DNA of 64,000 bases from Bacteroidales bacterium (GTDB lineage: Bacteria > Bacteroidota > Bacteroidia > Bacteroidales > WCHB1-69). The position numbers were made by a program, and so were the translations under genes. This document shows, piece by piece, positions 1 through 9,057 of the stretch (its first letter is position 1; each line of letters begins with the position of its first letter). Where the stretch lies: the NCBI GenBank assembly GCA_045600525.1, contig JAZRYC010000010.1, forward strand, positions 406 through 64,405, written 5' to 3'. The notes under the pieces are model-generated. The model saw nothing but the letters and a program-made list of their open reading frames with translations, did no database searches and had not been told where the DNA came from.

Positions 1-39
1 AACACAAGTTTGGAGGCAAGACCGATAACGAAAAAATTG

Positions 40-47
40 TATTTTTG
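40..47 (+). promoter_or_regulatory. candidate Bacteroides-type -7 promoter box (TATTTTTG)
   Basis: Matches TAnnTTTG. The box ends 25 nt before the first ATG (72) of the downstream ORF. Confidence 0.45.
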
Positions 48-71
48 CCGTCCTTACAAACATACATTATT

Positions 72-476
72 ATGTTCAAAAAAATAAAAGAGAAAAGACA
101 ACAATGGATCCGCTTTCTGTTCGGTTCCTTCACGGCCACGGCCCTCATGTTTACCTTTCAGGCATGCTATGGAATGCCCCAACCATTTGACGAATACGAC
201 AGCGCCATCCATGGAACCGTAGTCTCGGCCAAAACGGGAAAGCCCATTGCCGGCATCGTTGTCTCCTCTGATCAAAGCAATACGCTTTCCAAAACTGGTA
301 CAAACGGCAACTTCATACTTCCCGTTTACTCAGTAAGCGGCCAATACTCCGTCCACTTTTCCGACGAAGACGGCGAACTCAATGGTGCCTACCTCAACAT
401 GGACACCACCCTTTCCTCGTCTGAGATTTTCGACGACCTACTCATCCAACTGAACGAACAAGTTGAAAACCGATAA
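72..476 (+). CDS. putative lipoprotein with carboxypeptidase-regulatory-like beta-sandwich domain
   Basis: ORF track 45..476 starts at TTG inside the promoter box, so I trimmed it to the first ATG at 72. The hydrophobic N-terminus ends in FQAC (lipobox-like). GTVVSAKTGKPIAGIVV...TNGNF resembles CarboxypepD_reg domains. Motif recognition only. Confidence 0.5.
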   Translation: MFKKIKEKRQQWIRFLFGSFTATALMFTFQACYGMPQPFDEYDSAIHGTVVSAKTGKPIAGIVVSSDQSNTLSKTGTNGNFILPVYSVSGQYSVHFSDEDGELNGAYLNMDTTLSSSEIFDDLLIQLNEQVENR

Positions 477-483
477 AAATCTC

Positions 484-491
484 TATCTTTG
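484..491 (+). promoter_or_regulatory. candidate -7 promoter box (TATCTTTG)
   Basis: Matches TAnnTTTG, 51 nt upstream of ATG 542. Confidence 0.4.
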
Positions 492-541
492 CGTCCTTGT
501 TGTGCAAACAAACCTTTTATTAACCAAAAAATATTAAAACG

Positions 542-760
542 ATGAAAAAAGTATTCTGTATCTGCGCTGCCGCCTTATTGATCGCAGCTCTTTCCACTTC
601 CTGCAACAAAAACTGCAAATGCACCACTTATTTTAATGGCAAAGCACAATCCACCACTGAAATTGAGAATCCCAATCCTGATGGTCACTGCTCTGATATG
701 AACACCGTTGTTGTGATCAATGGCAAGAAAAACGGTATTGAATGTAAAGGATCCCTTTAA
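542..760 (+). CDS. small Cys-rich lipoprotein (72 aa), function unknown
   Basis: Signal peptide MKKVFCICAAALLIAALSTSC with a lipobox Cys. The mature part has four further Cys. A strong terminator follows. Confidence 0.5.
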   Translation: MKKVFCICAAALLIAALSTSCNKNCKCTTYFNGKAQSTTEIENPNPDGHCSDMNTVVVINGKKNGIECKGSL

Positions 761-781
761 TATTCACCGAAACACCCTATA

Positions 782-808
782 AGCCCCTCTTGCAGGGGCT
801 TTTTTTTT
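782..808 (+). terminator. rho-independent terminator
   Basis: Stem agcccct/aggggct, 5-nt loop, then a T9 run, 22 nt after the stop at 760. Confidence 0.8.
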
Positions 809-845
809 GAAGAGTTTCCTGTAAGACCTATCGTCAAAAGTTTAC

Positions 846-853
846 TATCTTTG
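846..853 (+). promoter_or_regulatory. candidate -7 promoter box (TATCTTTG)
   Basis: Matches TAnnTTTG, 24 nt upstream of the rimO ATG at 877. Confidence 0.5.
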
Positions 854-876
854 CATCCTCAAAATCGCAAACCACT

Positions 877-2151
877 ATGACCATCAACATCATCACCCTG
901 GGCTGTTCCAAAAACATCGTGGATTCGGAAGTCATTGCCGCCCAACTGCAGAAGAAAGGGCACCGTGTCTTCTTTGAAGGAAGTCTCAAAAGCGACATCG
1001 TCATCCTAAATACCTGTAGTTTTATCGGCGACGCACGCGAAGAATCCGTAAACGAAATCCTCGGCCAACTTGAAAGAAAAAAGAGACATCAAGTCAAGAA
1101 AGTATATGTAGTAGGTTGTCTGGCCCAACGATGTAAAACGGAATTGGAGGAATCTCTTCCAGAACTGGACGGCATTTACACCTTTGCCGAACTTGGGGAA
1201 ATGGTGGAATCCGAAGATTTCCAACTATTAGAGACCTCTGAACGCTTACTTTCCACCCCAAAGCACTATGCCTATTTGAAAATTTCCGAAGGGTGCGACC
1301 ACCAGTGTTCCTACTGCGCCATCCCGGTGATTCGCGGCAAACAGATTTCCAAGCCTATTCCGCTTTTGGTTGAAGAAGCCCAGAAACTGGCCGACCAGGG
1401 CGTGCGCGAACTCATGCTCATCGCTCAGGACCTCACCTATTACGGCATTGACCTTACCGGAAAGCGAGAGCTGGCCGCCCTTATGGAGGCATTGGCCCAA
1501 GTGAAAGGCATTGAATGGATACGTCTGCATTACGCATATCCCCTGAATTTTCCCTTTGAAATTCTCGAGGTAATGAAAAAGCATCCACAATACTGCCACT
1601 ATCTCGATATTCCCATTCAGCATATCAACGACGAAATCCTAAAGGACATGCGGCGCGGAGGCAGCGCAGAATACATCTACAGCATGGTGGATCGAATTCG
1701 GGAAGCTATTCCCGACATCGCCCTGCGCACCACGCTGATTTCAGGATATCCCACCGAAACTCGCGAGCAACACAAGGAATTAGTGGAATTTGTAAAACAT
1801 ACCCGTTTTGAACGCCTCGGCGTGTTCACCTACTCACAGGAAGAGGACACGCCCGCATACGAGCTGGGAGACCCCATTAAGAATTCTGAAAAAGGCAAAC
1901 GCCAAAGCGAAATCATGCGCATCCAAGAACAGATTTCCCTTGAACTCAACTTAGGCAAAGTCGGCAAGACATTCAAAGTCATCATCGATGACGAAGACGA
2001 AGAATACTACATCGGCCGCACCGAATATGATTCTCCCGATGTGGATAACGGTGTCCTGATTTCCAAAAGTCAGCTGCTGACCATGGGCGAATTCTACTCT
2101 GTCAAAATCACAGAGGCCTCTGCCTACGACCTTTTTGGAGAATTAGCCTAA
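877..2151 (+). CDS. rimO: ribosomal protein S12 methylthiotransferase RimO (MiaB-family radical SAM)
   Basis: N-terminal UPF0004 motif INIITLGCSKN. Radical-SAM motif CDHQCSYC. C-terminal TRAM-like region. Length 424 aa. Confidence 0.88.
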   Translation: MTINIITLGCSKNIVDSEVIAAQLQKKGHRVFFEGSLKSDIVILNTCSFIGDAREESVNEILGQLERKKRHQVKKVYVVGCLAQRCKTELEESLPELDGIYTFAELGEMVESEDFQLLETSERLLSTPKHYAYLKISEGCDHQCSYCAIPVIRGKQISKPIPLLVEEAQKLADQGVRELMLIAQDLTYYGIDLTGKRELAALMEALAQVKGIEWIRLHYAYPLNFPFEILEVMKKHPQYCHYLDIPIQHINDEILKDMRRGGSAEYIYSMVDRIREAIPDIALRTTLISGYPTETREQHKELVEFVKHTRFERLGVFTYSQEEDTPAYELGDPIKNSEKGKRQSEIMRIQEQISLELNLGKVGKTFKVIIDDEDEEYYIGRTEYDSPDVDNGVLISKSQLLTMGEFYSVKITEASAYDLFGELA

Positions 2152-2156
2152 ACACC

Positions 2157-3347
2157 ATGAAAGGAAGAGAAAGCAAACCGCACATCGGTATCTTCGGGCG
2201 ACGAAACAACGGGAAAAGCTCGCTCATCAACGCCATCACTGGACAGGAAACGGCCATTGTGGACGCACTGGCGGGAACCACCACGGACCCTGTAAAAAAA
2301 TCCATAGAGATTTTCGGCATCGGTCCTGCCATCCTGATAGACACCGCCGGCATAGACGACGAAGGAACAATTGGACAAAAACGCATCCAAAAGACCTTGG
2401 ACACACTGAAAGTCATCGACTTTGCCATCCTCGTCATCACTGATCACGAGTTCGGCGAGCCCGAACAACTGCTCCTCGGCCAATTCAACCAACTGGAGAT
2501 ACCCTATCTCATCGTCAATAACAAAGCCGACATACCCTGCACAAAACCAATCGTTGAGGGACTCAACGCTCCCACATGGGAAGTAAGTGCCTCCACCGGC
2601 CAAGGCATCCCGGAAATGCTTTCCGAATTGGTACGCCTAATGCCACCATCCGCATACATTTCCCATTCGCTCTTAGGAGGTATCATTCAGGAAAACGACA
2701 CCGTAGTATTAGTCACCCCCATCGACCAGGAAGCTCCCGAAGGCAGGCTCATACTCCCACAAGTGCAACTCATCCGCGACATTTTAGATAATAACGCCAT
2801 TGCCGTAGTACTCAAAGAAGACAAAGTCGGTGAATGGCTTCATAAGAACCCCATTCCCCGTCTAGTGGTCACCGACAGTCAAATGTTCGGACGAGTGGCT
2901 CAAGAGGTTCCTGAAGAGATCCCCCTTACTGGATTCAGCATCGTATTGGCACACCACAAAGGCGATTTCGAACACTATCTCCAAGGCACACCGCATATAG
3001 ACCAGCTACAGGATGGCGACCGCATTCTTATGTTGGAATCCTGCACGCACCTGACCTCCTGCGAGGACATCGGCCGCGGGAAACTGCCCCGCTGGATTCA
3101 GCAGCACACCGGTAAAGCACTACACTTTGACTTTGTAGCTGGCCTCAATGAAATCCCTGATATTACGAAATACGCCATGGTCATCCAGTGTGGAGGCTGC
3201 ATGATCACCCGCCGGCAAATCCTAAACCGACTGAGACCGGCCATAGAAAGTGGTATTCCCGTCTCTAACTACGGCATGGTCATTGCCTATCTCCATGGTA
3301 TTTTCAACAGGGCCGTAAAGCCTTTTCTAGAGCACACCCTTGCTTAG
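2157..3347 (+). CDS. hydF: [FeFe]-hydrogenase maturation GTPase HydF-like
   Basis: P-loop GRRNNGKSSLINAITG, then TTTDPV and DTAGIDD, NKAD. C-terminal cluster motif ESCTH...(45 aa)...QCGGC resembles the HydF CxHx46-53HCxxC motif. Confidence 0.72.
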   Translation: MKGRESKPHIGIFGRRNNGKSSLINAITGQETAIVDALAGTTTDPVKKSIEIFGIGPAILIDTAGIDDEGTIGQKRIQKTLDTLKVIDFAILVITDHEFGEPEQLLLGQFNQLEIPYLIVNNKADIPCTKPIVEGLNAPTWEVSASTGQGIPEMLSELVRLMPPSAYISHSLLGGIIQENDTVVLVTPIDQEAPEGRLILPQVQLIRDILDNNAIAVVLKEDKVGEWLHKNPIPRLVVTDSQMFGRVAQEVPEEIPLTGFSIVLAHHKGDFEHYLQGTPHIDQLQDGDRILMLESCTHLTSCEDIGRGKLPRWIQQHTGKALHFDFVAGLNEIPDITKYAMVIQCGGCMITRRQILNRLRPAIESGIPVSNYGMVIAYLHGIFNRAVKPFLEHTLA

Positions 3348-3395
3348 ATTTTATCGCTCAATCTTTTGTGAATATGTCTTTAATACGGCAATAAA

Positions 3396-6300
3396 TTAAA
3401 AGTCCGTTCCAATGGAGAAGAGAAACATTCCTTTCTTATTGGAAATTTTAAGATCTTCAACACCCCAAGCATAGTCAAAGCGAAGAAAATAACCAAACAG
3501 AGAGCAACGCAGACCGAGTCCGAAACCTCCCACGAAGGGATCCACCTGCCGCTTCACCATCACCGAAATCGGTCCTGAAATAATATACCGCGTATAAAGG
3601 CAATTATCCTCCGAATAGGGCGTTAGACCCGTCCACGCCGTGCCTATATCGCCAAAGACATTCAATTGCAGGGAATTCAACAGTTCAAAGGAAAGATTGT
3701 GACCAGCAATCAATTGGACGAATGGAACGCGAAGTTCCGCGCTAAGTAGGGCAAAGGAAGTACCATTGCGAATATTCTGTTTGAAGCCGCGCATATTGGT
3801 GGCCAAAGTCTGGTAGGCATAATTCTTCTGTTGATCCACCCATATATCACTGTCGAACTTAGCATTGATCCAATTATCCACTCCACCGAGGAAATAAACC
3901 AATCGCGCAGAACCAACATTCATGGACGCAGCACCTCGAACGGCAAAAGTCATATTTCTATACAACCTAAAGGAATGCCTCACATCTATTCCCGCAACAA
4001 AGAGATTCTGCGTCTCCCTTTCCGCGCGTTGCTCATATTCTCCAAAGATCTTCAATTTTGTACCACGCCATAAATTGGTATAAAGTTCCTTGGAAGAGTC
4101 AAACACATATTCTAACTTAACACCCGCCCATAAATGGCGCGTTTCAGGTTCCTGTAGAGACTGATCGCTCAAAGCGGCCACTACATTCGCCTCATACCTT
4201 CCCTTGAAAGTGAGGCGCAGACTACTACATTTGTCAAAGGGATATTTCAAAATATAGAACACACTGTTCGAACGCTGCTTGTAAACGCGATCGCTTATGG
4301 AAGAACTAATGGATTGTCTATAGAGGACAATCTGGCGATCTAACCTGCGGGCAAGATTTTCATAACTGAGCATAAACTCATAGCTACCCAAATCCAACCC
4401 AATTCTAAATCCGCCCGTAACCCTGTAATCCTCAAAGAGATCATTGATTCCCAGCATAAACAGGGCATTGAAGCCAGTATTCAAATAAATCGGTGAAGTA
4501 CCTCCTTCAAATTGCTGATACGAGGTATTTAGAAAACTAAAATCTGCCTGTGTGATAACCTTATTTATTGAATATTGTACACGATAACCTCGGCCAACCG
4601 GAATAACCAATTGATTGCTGTCTTCCTGCATCTGGAGCGTATCTGACAGCGTATCCTTCCTTTGAAAGGAAAAATCTTCGCGCATTTGTCTTTCCAGCAA
4701 AATACTCTTATGGAAAGGAGAAGAGACTGGCGTTTTCCTGACATCCAGACGCAAAGGCGACTGGAAAACACGTTTCACATTCTGTTTTTGGAAAATATCC
4801 GCCATCATCTGGCGAGCAGGATCGTAAGCATGTTCAAGAATCTGGAAACTGCCATCAGTCAAAGGACTGAACTGCGCATAATAGGCATAATGTATTGCTG
4901 TGTCAATCCTACTGATGGTGCTGTCAAAGTGTGCCTCATAACGGTTTAGCACCCCATCCCTATCGCTAAGGAAGACCACTTGCCGGTCACCCACCCTCTG
5001 GGCGGCATATTCATCGGCATATGGTGTCTGCGACACGCGAAGCAACGAACTGTCCTTTTTTGCATACGAATATAGAAAAAGATCGTATGAAGATTGTGCG
5101 TCAGCTTCCCGAAAATCATCTTTCAATAAAATGGAATCCTTTGAACGATTAGAAGAAAATACAATTTGTCGTTGATGATCTATGAAAACTGGAGCATAAT
5201 CATCGTAAAAGTCATTTGTGATATTTTGAAAGGAGCGTGAAAGAAAGCTATAGATAAATATGTCGGATTGTCCATTCTTAAAACCAGAGAAAAGCATCAT
5301 CTTACCGTCATCGGAATAATGCCATGAGGTAATCTTCTCAACATCCACCAAAAAACGTTTCCCCCATTTTCGTTCCGACACATTATAGGGATAATAATAG
5401 CAATGCCCCTTGTCCTCAATCGTCATGCCGAGAATGGAATCCTGAGGATGCCAAGCGAGCAGAGGAAATGAGAAGTCCGGATTATCCTCTGTTTTCTGAT
5501 ATCGGCGAAAAATGCAACGAGGCTTGTCTTGGTCGCCCGAAGAAAGCCAGACCTTAATTTGTCCGGCCTCATTTGTAACAAACGCATATGCGCCGTCATG
5601 GGAAAAGCACAATTGGCCATAGTCGCGTTTCTCCCGCGGACGTTCAATCAATTCTTCTCCTTGGGGCTTATCTTTCTGCGTATCTTGATAATACATCACG
5701 CAGTAATACTTATACCAATTGAGCATCAGCATTCTATAGGGTGTCCCCGTTCCATAATAAAAACCCTTTTTAAGGCTCTTCGTTTGCCGAGTGGCGTATA
5801 GGATACGGGCAATGGTCTGGCGACCATAAGTATCAACCACATACTTCCAAAACGAATGTCCGGCATAGGTCGCATCACGAGGGGACAATTCCTCTAATTC
5901 CACATAACGTTGAGATAGAATTCCATCCTTCACGTAAGCATCTAATTCACTATTCCAAGATTCGCCGACATAGGATGCCAAACCGCTGTAATACCAGCTC
6001 GGGATATTCATCAGATACTCGTATGCCATATTCTTCCCGACGGAGGCGCCCTGCACCATCCAATGCGCATATATATTCATGATGCCGCTACGGAGCATTC
6101 GATCTAAATGGGCATGGTTCCCGTCAAAATAGAGGTATATCTTCGTACCATATATATTAGTAACACCGCCTTGGTTGTAAAAGTCATCATCGTCATACGC
6201 AAAATTGGATTCGCGAAAATCAGCCTGGGTATTATAAACAATGATTTGGATCTTCTTCTTCGATGAATATTGTAGTAATTGCTCTATTTCCGCAATAACC

Positions 6301-6548
6301 TGTGGCGTTTTATAATAGACATATTGGGCCAAGTCGCGCCCCGTCGGATAATAATAGACATCATATTGGTTGGCACGCATAAACTGCCAATTGAAATGCT
6401 GATGCTGCACTCTGTTCTTTCCAAAACTAATTTGTGAACCGTTATAGAACTGCGCCTTCAAAGAGAAAGGAGTGAGTCCGCACAGCAGAAAAGCGAGCAG
6501 ACAAGATAGAGTTAGAAGATGGGCAAATCGTCTATTCACGGGATTCAA
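3396..6548 (-). CDS. large outer-membrane protein with a TolB/PD40-like beta-propeller region and a C-terminal Omp85 (bacterial surface antigen) beta-barrel
   Basis: Signal peptide present. PD40-like repeats include SDDGKMMLFSGFKNGQSDIFIYS, VFSSNRS and FLSDRDG. The C-terminus (RGF...ELRVPF...GDIGTAW...GFGLGLR...FSIGTDF) is Omp85-like and ends in Phe. The only in-frame start near the signal peptide is TTG at 6548. Confidence 0.6.
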   Translation of the reverse strand: MNPVNRRFAHLLTLSCLLAFLLCGLTPFSLKAQFYNGSQISFGKNRVQHQHFNWQFMRANQYDVYYYPTGRDLAQYVYYKTPQVIAEIEQLLQYSSKKKIQIIVYNTQADFRESNFAYDDDDFYNQGGVTNIYGTKIYLYFDGNHAHLDRMLRSGIMNIYAHWMVQGASVGKNMAYEYLMNIPSWYYSGLASYVGESWNSELDAYVKDGILSQRYVELEELSPRDATYAGHSFWKYVVDTYGRQTIARILYATRQTKSLKKGFYYGTGTPYRMLMLNWYKYYCVMYYQDTQKDKPQGEELIERPREKRDYGQLCFSHDGAYAFVTNEAGQIKVWLSSGDQDKPRCIFRRYQKTEDNPDFSFPLLAWHPQDSILGMTIEDKGHCYYYPYNVSERKWGKRFLVDVEKITSWHYSDDGKMMLFSGFKNGQSDIFIYSFLSRSFQNITNDFYDDYAPVFIDHQRQIVFSSNRSKDSILLKDDFREADAQSSYDLFLYSYAKKDSSLLRVSQTPYADEYAAQRVGDRQVVFLSDRDGVLNRYEAHFDSTISRIDTAIHYAYYAQFSPLTDGSFQILEHAYDPARQMMADIFQKQNVKRVFQSPLRLDVRKTPVSSPFHKSILLERQMREDFSFQRKDTLSDTLQMQEDSNQLVIPVGRGYRVQYSINKVITQADFSFLNTSYQQFEGGTSPIYLNTGFNALFMLGINDLFEDYRVTGGFRIGLDLGSYEFMLSYENLARRLDRQIVLYRQSISSSISDRVYKQRSNSVFYILKYPFDKCSSLRLTFKGRYEANVVAALSDQSLQEPETRHLWAGVKLEYVFDSSKELYTNLWRGTKLKIFGEYEQRAERETQNLFVAGIDVRHSFRLYRNMTFAVRGAASMNVGSARLVYFLGGVDNWINAKFDSDIWVDQQKNYAYQTLATNMRGFKQNIRNGTSFALLSAELRVPFVQLIAGHNLSFELLNSLQLNVFGDIGTAWTGLTPYSEDNCLYTRYIISGPISVMVKRQVDPFVGGFGLGLRCSLFGYFLRFDYAWGVEDLKISNKKGMFLFSIGTDF

Positions 6549-6559
6549 TATTAGGGTGG

Positions 6560-6567
6560 CAAAAATA
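6560..6567 (-). promoter_or_regulatory. possible -7 promoter box (TATTTTTG on the minus strand)
   Basis: Matches the consensus but lies only 12 nt from the TTG start at 6548, which would give a near-leaderless mRNA. Weak call. Confidence 0.25.
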
Positions 6568-6602
6568 ATAATTTTGAAGGATGTGACATATTATTTTTTT
6601 TG

Positions 6603-6610
6603 TATTTTTG
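6603..6610 (+). promoter_or_regulatory. candidate -7 promoter box (TATTTTTG) for rpsP-rimM
   Basis: Matches TAnnTTTG, 91 nt upstream of the rpsP ATG. This implies a roughly 85-nt leader rich in CCCC/GGGG runs. Confidence 0.45.
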
Positions 6611-6700
6611 CCGCCCCTAAAAAGGCCCCTCGGAAAACTTCCCCAAAAGGGTTTCCAATAAGGGGAATAAAAACAATAACTAACAACAAACCAAAATTTT

Positions 6701-7267
6701 ATGGCAACAAGAATCAGATTACAAAGAAGAGGTAAAAAGAATCAGCCTTTTTATCACGTTGTAATTGCGGATGGTCGTGCACCACGTGACGGACGTTTTA
6801 TCGAAGATCTTGGTACTTACAATCCACTGACCAATCCTGCAACATTGAACATCAATTTCGACCGTGCTCTGTATTGGTTAGAGGCAGGTGCTGCTCCTTC
6901 TGATACGGCTCGTGCGATTCTCAAACGCGAAGGCGTTTATTTGATGAAACACCTCAAAGGTGGTATCGCCAAGGGTGCTCTCACCGAAGCTCAGGCTCAA
7001 CAGAAATTCGAAGCTTGGAAACAGGAAAAGAACAGCAAACTCGGCAACGTAGTTCGCGAAGAAGCTGAAAAAGCCCGCAACATCAAGAAGGAACGTTTGG
7101 CTGCTGAAACAAAAGTAAAAGAAGCCATGTCCGCTAAAATCGCTGCAAAGGCTGCTGAAATCGCCGCTGCTGCTGCAAAGGCTGCTGAAGAAGCTGCCGA
7201 AGCCGCTGCTGCTGAAGTTGAAGCAACAGAAGCTCCCGCTGCAGAAGAAGCTCCTGCTGAAGCATAA
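6701..7267 (+). CDS. rpsP: 30S ribosomal protein S16 with an Ala/Glu/Lys-rich C-terminal extension
   Basis: MATRIRLQRRGKKNQPFYHVVIADGRAPRDGRFIEDLGTYNP is canonical S16. Roughly the last 85 aa are low-complexity (AAKAAEIAAAAAKAAEEAAEAAAAE). Confidence 0.95.
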   Translation: MATRIRLQRRGKKNQPFYHVVIADGRAPRDGRFIEDLGTYNPLTNPATLNINFDRALYWLEAGAAPSDTARAILKREGVYLMKHLKGGIAKGALTEAQAQQKFEAWKQEKNSKLGNVVREEAEKARNIKKERLAAETKVKEAMSAKIAAKAAEIAAAAAKAAEEAAEAAAAEVEATEAPAAEEAPAEA

Positions 7268-7788
7268 TGAAAGACGAATACTTCTATTTAGGCACACTGA
7301 CCCGTCCTTTCGGATTGAAAGGGGATCTGTGTGCCTTTTTTGATACCGACAACCCTGAAAACTACACCAACCTCCCCGCCGTCTTCCTGGATCTGGATGG
7401 CGAGAAGATACCCTATACCATTGAACACATCGCCTACCGAGGCAATAACCAATTCATCATTAAGTTTGACGGCGTGGGGCCCGATGAATGTCGCGACTTC
7501 GTCCAAGTTGAGCTATACCTCCCCCTCAGCGAACTTCCCACCCTACCAGGCAATCGATTTTATTTCCATGAAGTCATCGGTTTCAAGGTTATTGACCAAG
7601 CCAAAGGGGAAATTGGAATCTGCCAGGACTTTCTGGAAGTCAGCAACAACCCCATCATGCAGATTGACCACGACGGAAGGGAAATCCTCATTCCCGCATC
7701 TCAAAACTTCGTCACCAAAGTGGATCGTGAAAACCACGTCCTTGAAATCAACGCACCAGAAGGGCTTATTGACGTCTATTTAGCCTGA
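7267..7788 (+). CDS. rimM: 16S rRNA processing protein RimM
   Basis: Follows rpsP with a TAATG stop/start overlap. GxxxxPFGLKGDL motif and a PRC-barrel-like C-terminus. The rpsP-rimM order is conserved. Confidence 0.88.
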   Translation: MKDEYFYLGTLTRPFGLKGDLCAFFDTDNPENYTNLPAVFLDLDGEKIPYTIEHIAYRGNNQFIIKFDGVGPDECRDFVQVELYLPLSELPTLPGNRFYFHEVIGFKVIDQAKGEIGICQDFLEVSNNPIMQIDHDGREILIPASQNFVTKVDRENHVLEINAPEGLIDVYLA

Positions 7789-7949
7789 CCTTTCCTTTTA
7801 AAACTTTTCTTAAGGAATCATTATTTCTCCGAAAATCAATGCGTTAATTTAACATTCAATCGTTAAAAATCTCTTTATGGACTTCTAATTCATTGAATGC
7901 CAGGAATTGTTTTTTTTATAAAAAGGTCACTGTTGGATTCTTGTTATTG

Positions 7950-7957
7950 TATCTTTG
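7950..7957 (+). promoter_or_regulatory. candidate -7 promoter box (TATCTTTG), distal, upstream of recA
   Basis: Matches TAnnTTTG, 72 nt upstream of ATG 8029. Confidence 0.35.
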
Positions 7958-7987
7958 CGGAAAACAAAATCATAAACAAAAAAAGCG

Positions 7988-7995
7988 TATTTTTG
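7988..7995 (+). promoter_or_regulatory. candidate -7 promoter box (TATTTTTG), proximal, upstream of recA
   Basis: Matches TAnnTTTG, 34 nt upstream of ATG 8029. Confidence 0.45.
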
Positions 7996-8028
7996 CGCTC
8001 ATTTCAAAACTAAAAAACAAAACATCTT

Positions 8029-9051
8029 ATGGAAAAAGAAGAAATGAAAACCAGCATCAATGCTGAAAAATTAAAAGTACTCAATTCCACTTTGGAGAAG
8101 TTGGAAAAAACCTTCGGCAAAGGATCCATTATGAGAATGGGAGAGACTAAAGTAGAAGAAATGGATGTGATCTCCACTGGGTCCATTGGATTGGATACCG
8201 CGCTGGGTGTGGGCGGACTTCCCAAAGGAAGAATCATTGAAATATACGGACCGGAGTCTTCCGGTAAGACGACCTTGGCCATTCACGCGATTGCAGAGGC
8301 ACAACGTCAGGGCGGTATTGCTGCTTTCATCGATGCCGAACATGCCTTTGACCGGTTCTACGCCGAAAAACTGGGCGTCAACACTTCCGATCTCCTTATT
8401 TCCCAACCCGATAATGGAGAGCAAGCCCTTGAAATTGCCGACAACCTCATCCGATCAGGCGCCATCGATATCATCGTCATCGACTCCGTGGCCGCATTGA
8501 CTCCCAAAAGTGAAATTGAAGGAGACATGGGTGATTCCAAAGTCGGTCTGCAGGCGAGACTGATGTCTCAAGCCCTCCGAAAGCTAACCGCCACCATCAA
8601 TAAAACCGGCTGCTGCTGTATATTCATCAACCAGTTGCGGGAGAAAATCGGCGTTCTCTTCGGAAATCCTGAAACGACAACCGGCGGTAACGCCTTGAAA
8701 TTCTATGCATCCGTCCGTTTGGATATCCGCAGACAGGCTCAAATCAAAGACGGTGAGATGTCCATCGGAAACCACGTCAAAGTAAAAGTGGTGAAAAACA
8801 AAGTCGCTCCCCCATTCCGTCAGGCAGAATTCGACATCATGTACGGTGAAGGCATCTCCAAGACAGGCGAAATCATCGACCTCGGCGTGGAATACGACAT
8901 CATCAAGAAATCCGGCTCATGGTTTTCATACGGTGACAGCAAACTGGCACAAGGACGTGAAGCTGTGAAAAACGTTCTTGCCGACAATCCAGAACTTGCT
9001 GAAGAACTGGAAACAAAAATCAGAGAAGCCATCAAAGAAAATCTCCATTAA
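8029..9051 (+). CDS. recA: recombinase RecA
   Basis: Walker [12 protein letters not shown], plus [17 protein letters not shown] and LRKLT...[10 protein letters not shown] motifs. Confidence 0.97.
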   Translation: MEKEEMKTSINAEKLKVLNSTLEKLEKTFGKGSIMRMGETKVEEMDVISTGSIGLDTALGVGGLPKGRIIEIYGPESSGKTTLAIHAIAEAQRQGGIAAFIDAEHAFDRFYAEKLGVNTSDLLISQPDNGEQALEIADNLIRSGAIDIIVIDSVAALTPKSEIEGDMGDSKVGLQARLMSQALRKLTATINKTGCCCIFINQLREKIGVLFGNPETTTGGNALKFYASVRLDIRRQAQIKDGEMSIGNHVKVKVVKNKVAPPFRQAEFDIMYGEGISKTGEIIDLGVEYDIIKKSGSWFSYGDSKLAQGREAVKNVLADNPELAEELETKIREAIKENLH

Positions 9052-9057
9052 AAAATT

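Noticed and set aside
6611-6700. A structured ribosomal-protein leader or riboswitch upstream of rpsP, suggested by CCCC/GGGG runs in a ~90-nt leader.
   Set aside because: By eye I could only form weak, mismatched helices (for example ggaaaac/ggtttcc), and I recognise no known RNA family. The evidence is not enough to call an RNA element.
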